A DNA stretch of 64,000 nucleotides from Neoechinorhynchus agilis (Eukaryota > Animalia > Acanthocephala): contig CM121342.1 of assembly GCA_051530055.1 (NCBI GenBank), positions 11,361,480-11,425,479 of the forward strand. Direction: 5' to 3'. The position numbers and the translations under genes are program-made. The notes below the pieces were generated by a model. It made no database searches, was not told the DNA's origin, and worked only from the letters and a program-made list of their open reading frames with translations. Shown piece by piece: positions 10,976-23,352 of the stretch. How positions within the stretch are numbered: the first letter of the stretch is position 1; each line of letters starts with the position of its first letter.

Positions 10976-11793
10976 CGATTTTGGATGAAGGAGAAAATCG
11001 ATTTTGGAAAAGAGCGGGAGTGGGTTCTTTCGAACTCGACACGAAATTAATGTTTTTTTGGCCTAAAAATTTAAATGATTTATTGATTCCGACAAGATAC
11101 AATCTTGTAATTCGAAAACCATTTTATTGAATTTAATCATGATTGTTTTATTAAGAGACGGAAATTTTCAAGTGATCTATTGAGTCCGATTTATTAAAGC
11201 TTTTAAGTTATTGAATTTGCTACGGTTATGCCCCAATATCGAATCCACCATCTAAAAAACGATCTAATTATTGCAAAATCACGTTGTTCCCAAAGTACAC
11301 GCATTTTCCGGGTATTTTTTGTCAAAATCTTGTATTTTACCATTTCGCACCGTGCAAACTCCATTTAAACATTGATTTTGAAAAATTAAGGTGCAATTTT
11401 CGCGCAATGACGCAATCGTAATTCTTCCCGATATATTGACGTTGATGACGACAGTCTTTCCAAGGAAAAGGTTGCGCATTTGGGATTTCGCAAAAAAATT
11501 TGGTAATTGTTGTCAAGTGGGAAGATTTAGTCCGTTTCAGAATTTGGGGAAATGTTTACTTATGGCCGAAAAAGTTAAATAAAATTTATCTTGTCTTCGA
11601 AATGTATAGGATTTGATGAATTTTATTCAATTTTTTCGGTCACAGGCAAACACGATCAATTCAGTCTTCAAACACTTAGACATATTACAGAATATGTTCA
11701 CGGTTTTCCTACTTTAAGATTTTCTTTTGGTTTAATTCAGACTTTGCGCTTGTTCTGTTCAATCAAAAGAAGTCAAAATCTTTAAAAAATTTA

Positions 11794-11907
11794 TTATTTT
11801 GGTCGCTCGATCATCAACACCTGAGAAAATGATTCAATCAATCGATATTTATATATTGGACATGACGCTATCTCTCTCGGGTGTTGATGATCGACCGATC
11901 AAAATAA
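11794..11907. repeat. Short palindromic (MITE-like) element, ~33-bp arms
   Basis: ttattttggtcgctcgatcatcaacacctgaga ... tctcgggtgttgatgatcgaccgatcaaaataa. Confidence 0.75.
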
Positions 11908-12201
11908 AACCATATCTAAACAACACCCGAATGTAATCCTCAATAAAAAAATTGGCTACTTTGAACGTCTAACCTACTCAAGGATTTATTTAGTTTAAGC
12001 ACAAAAAACTAAAATCCTCATTATTCATGGCTATGAACCTTGCTCGTTTCACAAAAAGAGATTGTTCACTTTCGATTGTACATTCTCTAATGATGCAAAT
12101 GGTCTTTGTGTGAATGTTTCCACTGTTTACTACCGATTGCTCGATCGTATTATTATTGTTTTCATGGAACGATCGACGGAATATTCGTCTTATTTTTGCC
12201 A

Positions 12202-13384
12202 ATGATCCGCTTTCAGATTGCCCGAATGAACTTTTTGATAGGCAAAGAAATTTCTGTTTCACTACCGAAACAGAGTGGTGCCTTAAAAGGTCTACGGTTT
12301 GTAGCTAAGGATAATTTCTGTTTAAAATCATCGAATCCTACCACTTGTGCCAGCCGTGTTCTGGTTGAACATAAACCGGTATACACAGCCACCGCAATCA
12401 CCAACTTAATTCAGGCTGGGGCTGAACTTATTGGAAAATCCAATATGGACGAATTCGGTGCAGGTTCGCATTCTTCTACTGGCATATTCGGACCTGTTCT
12501 CTACGGAGAAAAGATGGAGTCACCCGGAGGAAGTTCTGGAGGAAGCGCAGTTGCCGTAGCCACTAAATACTGCGACTTTGCTCTCGGATCAGACACTGGC
12601 GGAAGTACCCGTTTTCCTGCTGCTCGTATTGGTATTGTAGATCGTTAGCTGTGTTCAATGTCTGAGCAGGCTTCTATTTTTTTCCATATTATGAATCTCC
12701 TCTTTTTACAACTACAAGAATTCTATGCTCTAAAAAGTGGTATTGCGTTTTTTATGCTCGATTTTAACCAAACGGAAACCATCACACATCTTTCGATCAA
12801 TAGGTTTTAAACCCAGTTACGGACGGATAAATCGTCACGGCCTTATTGGTTTCGCTGACTCATTAGATACAGTCGGTATACTTGCTCGAGACTTAAAAAC
12901 CGTTGACAATGTATTTAAAGTCTTGAAAGAACCCATTGATTGTGATTGGAAGTCGAATGTTCGGGTGATTGGTCCACCTTCAGAATGGGATGAATATTGT
13001 GATTTGGCTTTGGATGCTTATATCATAATATCCTGTGTTGAGATGGTTAGTTGTTTTAAACGCTATCATAGCCGCGATTTCGGTCCAGAGATTCAATCCA
13101 GACTTAAAAGTGGTCATGCGTTCTACTCCAACGGAAGTTATGTCCGAGCAATGAAAGTCCGAAACTTTTTGACTGAACGTCTAAACGCTCATATTGGCCC
13201 GAATGTAATGAAAATCGATGCTTTACTGGGGGATGAAATAACCTTCGATGAGAAGCGAGATGGATCCTACATGATCGCCAACCTGCTAGGATGTCCATCC
13301 ATTTGTCTAAGAGGGCATCAGTACCTTTGCACTTTCAACAGAGATGATCATTTGCTCAAATACGCGAATGCAGTACTTTCATAG
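12202..13384 (+). CDS. QRSL1: Glutamyl-tRNA(Gln) amidotransferase subunit A, 2 exons (intron ~12641-12803), ~340 aa
   Basis: Amidase signature: KDNF, GKSNMDEFGAGS, PGGSSGGSAVAVA, ALGSDTGGSTRFPAA, GFKPSYGRINRHGLI..ADSLDTVG. The start could instead be ATG 12226. Confidence 0.9.
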
Positions 13385-13764
13385 TTCCATTCAGAGAAAT
13401 ATTTAAGCGTTCGCTTAAAAAGATCTGTGACATGGAACTGGCGATTGAACTCTGTAAAACTAGATTCATGCGTTCAACCTAAGAGTGAATGAGATTGTTT
13501 AGTTCCACCTCACGTAACAAAACATTTTTCTCTCGATCTTATCGACGGAAATAACCATGTCATTGGTTTAAATTTTAAACCAAGTATTTTAAGGCTAGTA
13601 GTTGTGTTTGTGTGTTTTTCTTAGCTTAAGGGAAGAACGATAAATTAAATTTAAAAAACGGATCGAACTGAACTTAATCTTCTAACTTTAATTCGGTCGG
13701 ACTTCAATGATATTAGGAATATTCATATCAAGATCCTTCGGGATGGTAAATATTGAATGGTGAT

Positions 13765-13927
13765 GGTGAACATAATCCCCCGGTTAAAGATTCCTTCATT
13801 ATTATGAAATATTTCGAAAGAGGAAACCTCACCTCATCAGTCATTGTTTTTTGTTGGAGGTGAGGTTTCCTCTTTCGAAATATTTCATAATAATAAAGGA
13901 ATCTTTAACCGGGGCATTATGTTCACC
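13765..13927. repeat. Palindrome, 71-bp arms, containing a minimal hammerhead on the minus strand; related copy at 42902-43062
   Basis: 13765-13835 is the reverse complement of 13857-13927. The same family (gggatggtaaat..., atgaaatatttcg, aggaaacctc) recurs at 42885-43062. Confidence 0.85.
13804..13844 (-). ncRNA. Minimal type I hammerhead motif (PLE-like, palindromic stem III)
   Basis: AUGA-CUGAUGA-GGUGAGGUUUCCUCUUUC-GAAA-UAU-U-UCAU. Stem I is AUGA/UCAU and stem III is palindromic AUAU. Confidence 0.55.
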
Positions 13928-14249
13928 CGACATTTTTTTCATGTTATCTCAGACTGCTTTGTAAATTTGAAAAGATTCTTGGCTTCGAAATACATTTTAT
14001 TTTAGTTATTTAAAGTAAATATTTATCTAATGTTTCGTCTTATTCAAGAAATTCAGTTATATATTTGAACATAATTTCCATCGAGTTCTAGATGAAGAGA
14101 ATTATGTATTTAGTAATTTAAAATCTATCAAAGTTGAAGCGAATTTTAGTATTCTTATGCGTGGCTCAGTCGGTTGTATTTTGATCGATATGTATAAGAT
14201 TATTCTTTTTAATATACACGGCTGAATAAGCTAATCCAGGCCAATGTAT

Positions 14250-14590
14250 GGCACAGCTTGTACATTCCGTAGTGCGCTGAGGTGGTCGAGTGGACTAATG
14301 CTTCTGATCCCAGTTTGAGTCAACGAGTTCGAATCCGTTACCTCCGATGACACATAGCCAAAAGGGAACGAAATACTGCTGAAGGGAGTAAACTCACTGA
14401 TGAGTCCTGCATCCTCCGGAGGTATCTGAGGATCCGGAGGGATTCTTTCAAACTATAACCTACGGTCCTGGGCATTGAGCGCATTCCAGCCCTTCCCAGA
14501 CCGTCCATTCGCCGTGTATGGTGAAAAAAGAATAATCTTACACATCGTCCATTCGCCGTGCATGGTGAAAAAAGAATAATCTTACACATA
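14250..14590 (+). mobile_element. tRNA-derived SINE with permuted hammerhead (copy C, intact Pol III A and B boxes)
   Basis: A box TGGTCGAGTGG (14283-93), B box GTTCGAATCC (14327-36), T-arm-like AACG(A)G-TTCGAAT-CCGTT, hammerhead core at 14364-14430 and a 44-bp tandem duplication in the tail (~14502-14590). Confidence 0.8.
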
Positions 14591-14630
14591 CTTTTTCCTT
14601 CCATCCAATTGTTCCTTTAAGTGGATGTGT

Positions 14631-14747
14631 ATTCTCAATGGCGAATTGTAACACACTCAAGTTTTATTGAAATCAACCTTGCGAATTTTCAAAGCCTCAC
14701 CCTCTTTCTCAAGCATTGTTTGCAAATTACAATTCGCCATTGAGAAT
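14631..14747. repeat. Inverted-repeat element with perfect 21-bp arms
   Basis: attctcaatggcgaattgtaa (14631-51) / ttacaattcgccattgagaat (14727-47). Confidence 0.8.
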
Positions 14748-14754
14748 GTACTTC

Positions 14755-14923
14755 TTTATAGCGAATTATAATAATTGATTTATCTGATAATTTTCGGCCT
14801 TCGCGTAGGCCTTCAGTCTATTGATTACTCGAATATTTAAAAACTTACAATCAATAGACTGAAGAAGGCCTACGTCAAGGCCGAAAATTATCAAATAAAT
14901 CAATTATTATAATTCGCTATAAA
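14755..14923. repeat. Palindrome, ~72-bp arms; the right arm carries a type I hammerhead
   Basis: 14755-14826 versus 14849-14923 are reverse complements. The left arm has a small deletion in the CTGAAGA core. Confidence 0.85.
14854..14920 (+). ncRNA. Type I hammerhead motif (PLE-like, extra nucleotide after A9)
   Basis: CUGAAGA-A-GGCC-UACGUCAA-GGCC-GAAA. Stem III is AAUUAU/AUAAUU, predicted cleavage follows C14915 and stem I is AUAG/CUAU with a 1.1-2.1 mismatch. Confidence 0.6.
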
Positions 14924-15508
14924 AAAGTAAATGATGAACATCTTACACATATCGATTTGAAGCGAATTGTTTTTTATTAGTGTTTTTTAGGTCAAATTTC
15001 GTTTGACAAAGAAAGGTTTGTCTTAAGATATTAATTTTGATTACGAACGATAAATTCTGTAAGTTCTACTTCGTGCGATTTGATGAATTGGTAAAATTAT
15101 GCAAAAATGCCATTTTTTTATGGTCATTATTTTTTAGTTTTACCGATTCTCGGCCAAATGTGCTTAATGTTCCCATTCTCATTGATTATTTAAGCACTAC
15201 GGTTTTTATAGCCATCGACGCGAAAACTTGAGGTCAAAATCAAGAATATATTAAGTTGGATAGTTTTTTCTAAATTCCACAATGCATTTAAGAATCTAAA
15301 CCTTTTTGTCTCGAGAATGTTCAGAAGGTTACAAATCTCGACCAATGTCAGACCATAAAAGAAAATACGGCAATTAAATTTTTAATTTTAGACTGTAATA
15401 CGACCTAACCTCGTCTTCTAGAATTTCGAGTGAACTATGTTTTGCTTCCTTTTTGGATTTGAGTAAGAAAATCCTCTCTTGAAACTTCAGGCCACTTTCA
15501 GATACCCG

Positions 15509-16069
15509 ATGACGGATAGAGACAACAACACTAAGCCGTGTTGGAACGACCCGCCACCCCTCAGCCAAATTCATCGTTCAAACTCGGTTCCTCGCCGTCT
15601 TACCATTTCACATCCATCAATTCATCACCCATTAAGCCATGGCCATTACCAAAGTCATCACTCTTCATTGTTATCGTCCGGTTCAACGGCTGCTATATTT
15701 TATCAACCAAAACGAGATTACACACAAGAGCTTGATTCAATCTTAATTCAACTGAATCAGTGCGCAGATCGGTTAGGCCTCAAGGACACAGGCGCTTTCA
15801 AGCGCCTGTTTGACCTCATTCGAAATGGTGACCTCAAAGAGTCCACAATTACGGTTGATGGACTCTTACAGCTTGCTAGATTGATAACCTCAGGAAGCGT
15901 ACACAATAATCCTTATTTGATAAGACAACAACTTCAATCCGTTGTGATGTTACAATTCAGCGATCAGTCAACACAAGAAGCCATCTCGGCTTATGTACAG
16001 ACTCTGGATACATTGCTCGAACTAGCAACGAGCACTTTAACAGGCGTCAATGGAATGCGGCATTTATAA
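15509..16069 (+). CDS. SRA1/SRAP-like protein (Sec31 C-terminal-like fold), intronless
   Basis: N-terminal KPCWNDPP resembles SRA1 RGWNDPP, followed by a Pro/His-rich linker and a helical domain ending GVNGMRHL (cf. WMVGVKRL). Confidence 0.6.
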   Translation: MTDRDNNTKPCWNDPPPLSQIHRSNSVPRRLTISHPSIHHPLSHGHYQSHHSSLLSSGSTAAIFYQPKRDYTQELDSILIQLNQCADRLGLKDTGAFKRLFDLIRNGDLKESTITVDGLLQLARLITSGSVHNNPYLIRQQLQSVVMLQFSDQSTQEAISAYVQTLDTLLELATSTLTGVNGMRHL

Positions 16070-16199
16070 TAAATTAGTTATTGTAAAAAATTAAAAACTT
16101 TAGATAGTTGGCGGCATAATTTATATACATCCAAGGAATTCATAGAAGTTTCGATGTTAACGGGCGACTAATCATTTTCAAAAACATCGCTTAAAAATT

Positions 16200-17090
16200 C
16201 TGCGGTGCTTAGTCGAAATTCACCAATTATCTCAATGGTGAGAGCATGGAAAATGTAGAGCGACTGATCGATGCATTTGTACTTCTTCCTTTTTCGCCAG
16301 TTCGCCGGCTGCTGAAACTACAAGGGACATGTCGATCTTAGCAATCGTATTCGGGTAAGTGAAGAGAAGACGGTCTCTATCCCACGAAACTGTTGATACG
16401 CCGTCTTTTTCCGTCATCTTTGCTTAGACTGACCGGTTCGAGGAGATATCGAATTCCGTTGCCAATGCCTTACCGATTACAGCATTTAGTATGCTGTGTC
16501 GATTGTACGTGGCTATCGTTTTGGGGCAATAGAGTCCATGGTTTAAAGTGCTGTCCGTCTTGGCGCCGCACTTGGAAGTCGCCAGGATTGAGCAAATCAC
16601 AAATAAGCGTAGTGCCGAAGCGAAACATCCATTTTAGTACCAATCGACGGGGTCGGCCGATTCTTACAAAAATAACAGGACCAATTGCCCAACGGTACAT
16701 AGAGGAGCCAAAGGTACATGGGTCATCTTCGTTGTGACTTTCTTTCTAATAAAACGTGTTATTATTAGTGCTCGTTCTTTGTGGTCGGCACAAGAATCAA
16801 TGAGATTTCCGAACTCCTTTCTTAAATCCCGGCAGTTCGAGTTATTTGCTCCAGCTTCCTAGTGCGATTCGGTGAGACTGGTCATTAACTCCTGATCGGT
16901 CGGACTAGAATGCTGGTAAAATTAAAGCGGTCAGGCGGCTTATTCGGGACACGGATGAGCTAAAGGTTGGGATTGCTATTTCTGCCATGCGTAGAACACC
17001 AAAACCTCCCAAGTGAACTTGGAGCGAGGCTGGCCACCGAAAGCCGAGTCGGAAAGTTCAAAATTCAAGATACCCTTTCATATTGTTTTC
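16200..17090 (-). mobile_element. Decayed RLE-type non-LTR retrotransposon (CRE/HERO-like) 3' region
   Basis: Broken frames give GGFGVLRMAEIAIPTFSSS (cf. GGLGIR.A.DIALPAFLAS), LEPVSLSKDDGK, DG.STVSW.R..L and AAGELA..EE (PD-(D/E)xK nuclease). Confidence 0.55.
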
Positions 17091-18479
17091 TTTTAAACTG
17101 TTCGGATATTATAAGCAAAAGGCATTCAAATAAAGCGATTTAAGCGTTGTATTATGTACTCCACTAAGTTTAAGTCGAGGAGAACAAGTTATGGAGATTG
17201 TTCACACAATATTTTATAATTCATCAGGTTACGATTGATTAGGTCTATTTGACGGATATGTTTTCTATTCATTTTAACGTTTCCTTGTTCTAAAATATAA
17301 AAACTAGAAACCCCATTTGCGTTTGGAGATCCAAAAATTAAAATAACACTTTGAAGATGGCCTATCATTATATTTGATGTATCCGTTCTTCGCTTTTTCG
17401 ATCAAAATTCTCAAAAAATTTGTGGTTTGTTTTCGGTGTGGAATACTTTAACTTACGACGAAAAGCAGTCTAAAGTATAATAAATCGGACAATTGTGAAA
17501 CCGATGGGCGAATCCATTAAATTGGAAACACTAACTTCTAAAAAGTCCCATACGGAACACAATCCAAAAATCGATCAGATCAATTGAATACACATTACGT
17601 CGATACCTTGATAAACGCGTACAAGATAAATATTGACAGCAATAAACCCTCCTAATTTTGGCGCCAATCTTTAAACAAACACATAATTGGACGATCGAAG
17701 TACAATTAATACTTCAGCTCATTTTGTTGCATAAAATCTTTAACCTTTGCTTTTATTGGGTCACATTATTCCCAATCCGTCAGTGATTTGCGCTCAACCA
17801 ATCATTCGGTTTATCGTAGACCGCGTCTATTTCTTTCTTGCTTTAGCGAGTGTATCGAATGCTCCTTGCCACGAAATCTTTAAACTGGACGACTGATATA
17901 AAACCTAAATATCATTTTATGAGATAGCTACAATGGGATCTGTTTTTGCTTCAGATGGACGTGGAGTCATGTACGTCGCGGATGTTAGAGTTAAGGATTC
18001 CCGACAAAACGGATTTGGGATCGATACATGTTAGCGATCAAAACGTTCTACTTCTCGATCCGATTAACTTCATTGATCAGGAACTTATTGAGGTTTAAAT
18101 CACTTTGCTCGTGCCTTTTTGTTACGAAATTTTAACCAGCGAGAGAAAATCCTTAGGCGATCCCACGTACTCGGTCCACATAAAACAACTAAAAACTTCT
18201 TAGATGACCACCGCAGAATAATGTTTTATCCAATTATCACTACTACAATTCCAAATGCTTTGAATTCGTCCATTAGTCTTACCGCGTGCAAAAAACTTTT
18301 TTTCAAGATAGTAGAAATATGTTTTTTTATTTGTCGCTTCTTATTTAGGACGTTCATCTTCCTCCGCTACTACAAAAGTCCCAATTAAATAAAAGGCTGA
18401 AACGAACCGCTACTAATGTCGACGACGAAGGTTTTTTCTTCATTATTCGTCCTACTTGTTCTCCACATCTTCTAGTTGT

Positions 18480-19216
18480 TGAGATATTTCCAACACGTCA
18501 ATCAGACGAAAGCAGCGAATCAGCGTTGACTTGTGTATCATACTCTCGAAATGAATCGAAGCTTCTCGTCGCAATGTGAGCAATTAAAATATTATAAATT
18601 TTCATTATGGTTTTTCCTAAATATAGCCATGGTCCACATGACATTAGTGAAAATGAAGTGTTTTCTGCAATGGCCATCATAAACACTTACGTCCACTTAT
18701 CACCGCATCTTAACAGAGTTCCAAACTTCGAAGATCAAAAAGAAGATGAACGCCCATCCGAAGTAGAAGGTTACGTTGTTGAACAAGAACTGAGCATCTT
18801 TGTGTCGGATTGTATTCAACAAGTAATCGCAGCTGTAAGTTGGTTCACTAATTCTTTTAACACACACCCAAACACACAAACAATAGTTTAAATACCCAAA
18901 AACTCAAATCGATGTGTGTGTTCATGTACTTGAGATGGACTATTCTATCATGTCTGACATTTTGTTAGCCATTAGTTACGGCCTTATCGCATCTCGGATC
19001 GAGCTACTCGATATCCTTTCTGCAGCTACAATGTACACATCCAATTCGATCATTAATGTCGCAATGCAGTCAAACATGGGCCAGGTTTGCGGACTTCATT
19101 ATGAATCCATTGAATCTAACGAAAAAGATGACTTTGATGAACTTCTGGAGAAATGCAAGGAACAATGCTCGAAAAATGGACTTCGAATCAGAGGAAATGT
19201 ACTTAGAAAGTTCTAA
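18480..19216 (+). CDS. Exosome RNase PH-like subunit (EXOSC4/EXOSC6-like); 5' end not resolved
   Basis: Spliced reading SKLLVAI|HGPHD ... VIAA|FKYPKTQIDVCVHVLEMDYS..SDILLAISYGLIASRIELLDIL, with two GT-AG introns. Confidence 0.6.
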
Positions 19217-19326
19217 TTCACCTCTCGTAGTGTCCTATGCAAACATTTTTTAAAGAGCGATTGTTGAAGGGCACTGAAGTAAACAGGAAAATCTTAGAAG
19301 TCGTCATTCGGTAAAGAATTTTTTGT

Positions 19327-19369
19327 ATTAAAGACGTTTCAAACCTCGTTTCGGGCTCTTCATCAGTTC
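19327..19369 (-). ncRNA. Minimal type I hammerhead motif (PLE-like, GAAACGUC)
   Basis: GAA-CUGAUGA-A-GAGC...GUUU-GAAA-CGUC-UUUAAUA. Same family as 36709-36748 and the remnants at 24980-25190. Confidence 0.55.
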
Positions 19370-19841
19370 CTTCGAAAATTTATTTTAAATAACACACTCT
19401 TCTACTCATCAATACGTCCTCACATATCAACAGGCCAATTTTATTACTTGAACCGTTCAATCTAAATAATAATTTTGTCTTTTCGATGAAATGCGCTGCG
19501 TTAAGATGTTTATTATTCGATTATTGTGGGAGAATTTTTCTAATAGAAGTAGTTATTCTGTAACCGTTTCGCACTCTGTCTCTTTGAAACATTGCATTTT
19601 CCCATTCAAAATGAATTACTTGAACTTTGTCATAAATTTAAATGAAATCCGATGGATAGGTTAAGACGCGAGAAAAATAGGTTATTAAATTTTGATTTCA
19701 GTCCAACTTGACCGAATATAGACGAGCGGCCGCTTTTTTGAACGACAAAATAACATTGCGAACTAGAAAGTCCGTCGTGAACGCTGATTTTCGAAGAGAA
19801 TATTAAAAAAGGATTCTAAACGTTTGCCTTTCGTTTGTAGA

Positions 19842-21518
19842 ATGTCTAGTAGCAGTGAAGACGATTCATCCGATCTCCAAGTCACCAAAGATTTCCTTAG
19901 TGCGAGCGAATCAGCTAAATCTTTTAAAGAATTGGTTCGTCGATCCACCTCATGTAATTTGATTAATGTTCTGCTTTATGTACAGGGAATTTGTGATGTA
20001 CTCTGTGAAGCATGCACTGAGCTTGGCTGGTCAACCCCAACCCACATTCAAGTAAAAACAATCCCTCCCGCTCTTGAAGGACGTGATATTATTGGACTTG
20101 CCGAAACCGGATCTGGAAAAAGCGGAGCATTTATTCTACCTATCCTTCAAGACATCCTTCAATGCCGTAGAAAACTATTCGCTCTTATTCTTACACCAAC
20201 AAGAGAACTTGCTTTTCAAATCAGCGAACAGTTCAACGCGCTTGGAATTTCAATTGGCCTCGTTGTGGGTAAGTGAGCGGTCGCGACGCATTCAGAAAGT
20301 TGTTTTAAAGAATCTAAAGTAGTCTTGATTGCTTTCTTATGATAAATTTTGAAATTCTAAAAATAAGATAACTGTTCATGTGTTTTTAATCAAAGTTTCT
20401 AAACGTGATTAGAGGGCAGCCCGCTCTCACACATACGCTCAGCACTGACTTAAGCTTGTTTATTGTTAGCTGTGATTGTTGGAGGGGTTGATATGACGAC
20501 TCAATCAATATCTTTGGCTAAAAGGCCTCATGTGGTGGTCGCCACACCCGGTCGAATGGCTGACCATCTTCAACACACAAAGGGATTCAACCTAAAATCT
20601 ATTAAATATCTTGTGCTCGATGAAGCAGACCGTATACTGAACATGGATTTCGAAAAGGAAGTTGATCTGATTCTTCAGAACGTGCCTACTGATCGGCGTA
20701 CGTTCTTATTTTCTGCCACGATGACAAAAAAAGTTCAAAAGTTAGAACGAGCTTCAGTGAAGAATCCTGTCCGTCTTGAGGTTTCGTCTCGGTATCAAAC
20801 AGTTCAAAGTTTGGTGCAATACATGTGTCTTGTTCCGAATATCTTCAAGGAAACCTATTTGGTGTTTCTTCTCAACGAACATTCGGCAGCGAGTACAATT
20901 GTGTTCACGGCTACTTGTCAAAATACTCTACGTTTAGCCATTATTCTTCGAACGCTAAATATGACGGCGATTCCTCTAAATGGTCAATTAAGTCAAACCA
21001 AGCGATTATATTGTCTTAACGAGTTCAAAGCGAAAACGAGAAGTGTTTTAATAGCGACTGATGTAGCCAGTCGTGGTCTAGATATTCCACACGTCGATCT
21101 TATCATCAATTACGACGTCCCACTTAATCCAAAAGATTATATTCATCGTGTGGGACGAACTGCAAGAGCCGGTAGATCGGGAAAAGCGCTTACTATTGTT
21201 ACTCAATATGATGTCGAAGCTTACATGAAGGTGGAGAGCGCTATCAAGCAGAAACTCGAACCTTATCCAATCGTTAAGGAGGAAGTAATGGCGCTGAATG
21301 ACACCGTTGTGGAGGCTAAGCATATGGCCAACATTAAACTTAAAGCAATAGAAGCTAAGAGAAAAGGAAAAGCCAGTTTCGAGTCTAAAAGACGCATTGG
21401 CGATTATGATCAGAATGACGATGAATCGATCACTCTCTTGAAAAAACGAAAGTTCTTACCAAATCAGAGGCGAAAGCCTGTATCGGGAAATGTACGGCGT
21501 AAGGGTCGATCAAAGTAG
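19842..21518 (+). CDS. DDX47: DEAD-box RNA helicase DDX47/Rrp3 (3 exons)
   Basis: Q motif (PTHIQ), [25 protein letters not shown] and [14 protein letters not shown] introns of ~51 nt and ~199 nt. Confidence 0.95.
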
Positions 21519-23352
21519 CAATTTTGCTATAATATACTTGTTCAACCGACCCCAATGCTCAAGGACTTTAATTACACTTATAAAAAATAAAGAGTGATAA
21601 AAAGTTTAAACAAAATTAAATAAACAATTAGAGTTGAATAAGACGACTCTTACAACATAACCCAAAAATTCGGCTTATCGACCTTAGTTTTCGACTTAAG
21701 CAGAAAGCTACAATTAGTACCTTTTCGAATGGCAAACATTGGCAGAATCTATGCTTGCTATTCTGAAAAGCTCAAGTATTAGAAGGTACGGTGCACTCAT
21801 TTTGGGTTTTACGAATAATTGGCATCGGAAGGTGTTGAGGAGACAAAATGTAAAGTTGCTTAAGTGGTCATTTAAGCTTCCAATAAAGTAGTTTGTGATA
21901 TACTGCATTCGAGATTATTTTATTCCTCTGAAATGGATTGAAGGCTGTGGAGAAATTCCGCAAATTTTATCATTACATAAATGGTGCCACAAAAATTAAT
22001 CGTACGAGTATCAACATAAGCATTAATTTCATTTAACGTTGGAAGCTCCACGCCCTTTGTAGATTCTTGAGTAAGCCGTAAGACGGCAAAAGCTAGAGAA
22101 TAAAGATTTTCTTGTCATTACAGCGACCCACCCAAGTGTCTATTTTCGAAAACAAAACTTGATCAATTCGCTGTGGCTGGGAAATCAAGTAGTATTTTTA
22201 CAAGATTATGAAAATGCTGTTGGACAAACCTATCTTTACTACTGTCACAAACTACATGACAACGTTGGAGAGCTTGAGGGGTCAAGAGCAGCGAATTCTA
22301 TTCCTTAAGAGATGTCTCCGAAACAGTATTATTCCTTCATTTGCAACAAGAGACTTCGTTTTCAATGTCTCAAAGGCGATTTAAACGTGGCACACGCTTC
22401 ATTTGTTGAGGGAAACTTTGTGAACCTATTGGACCTAAAATGTACTTGAGTTTTAACAGTATTTTTTGAACAAACCCAAAAATTGGGAAAATTTTCACTT
22501 ACTCAAGAGTTTCCAAACATGGACGAACAGAGTTTATCCAGAAGCTCTTTGTATCGTAACAGAACATGGTACAAGTTTCTAATCTTAATCTGTAACTTGC
22601 GACTTACAAAACCTTATGAGTGAAGACTCCCTTTTAATATTTTGAAACATTTGCAGTTAAAGTACGTCAATTTGTTATCAAGTTAAATGATTAACCATTT
22701 TCCGGTTTCTTGTCCCGTATAAACCCTTCGAGGGTCAATGACCATTTGATGTCAAACAAAGTTCAATATCGATATTTTCTTCACTATTTGTGATTATTTT
22801 ATTGAATCGGCCACGGTTTGAAATTAGTAAAAATTGAATTATAAAGCTCAAGTTTGCATTCCAATTATAGATACCTGTAAATTGAGGTGAACTAAGAAGA
22901 CTAATAAAATATAGCAATTGACAAACCTGATTGGAAAATTACACTTCCTCTTTTGAAGAGTGAAATAAATATATTCAAAAATTGCATAAACATATTAAAA
23001 CCCATTAATTACAAAAATTCGATTTTATCCCCAAGGTCACGCATGATAAAAAAAAGAAATTAAACGTCAGGATTATAATTTTCACTCTCAATCAAAATTT
23101 TCGCATCTTAAGAAAAATATTCATTTGAAGTGGCTAAAAATAAAGAAATCTAAATGCTATTGTTAGCCACATACTTTTTAGCGGCCTTTCGTGCCGTCAA
23201 CTTAATTGCGCACACTGCGATTGGCTGAAAAGTAACGAATCATAGGTCAGCCTATGAAGTCATAAAAAGTATTTACCAGGCGACGTCAAAACCTATTCAG
23301 AAAAGATTAAAATCGCATTTCTTGCCTATAGGAACTATCAAAGTTTATTATT

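Noticed and set aside
14275-14346. Functional tRNA gene
   Set aside because: A and B boxes are present, but there is no convincing anticodon arm or 7-bp acceptor stem; it is part of a repeat family.
21700-22950. Possible multi-exon gene on the minus strand (similarly 17900-18440, 26100-26810 and 51600-53200)
   Set aside because: Short open segments and splice-like sites are present, but I could not build a consistent model or recognise homology.
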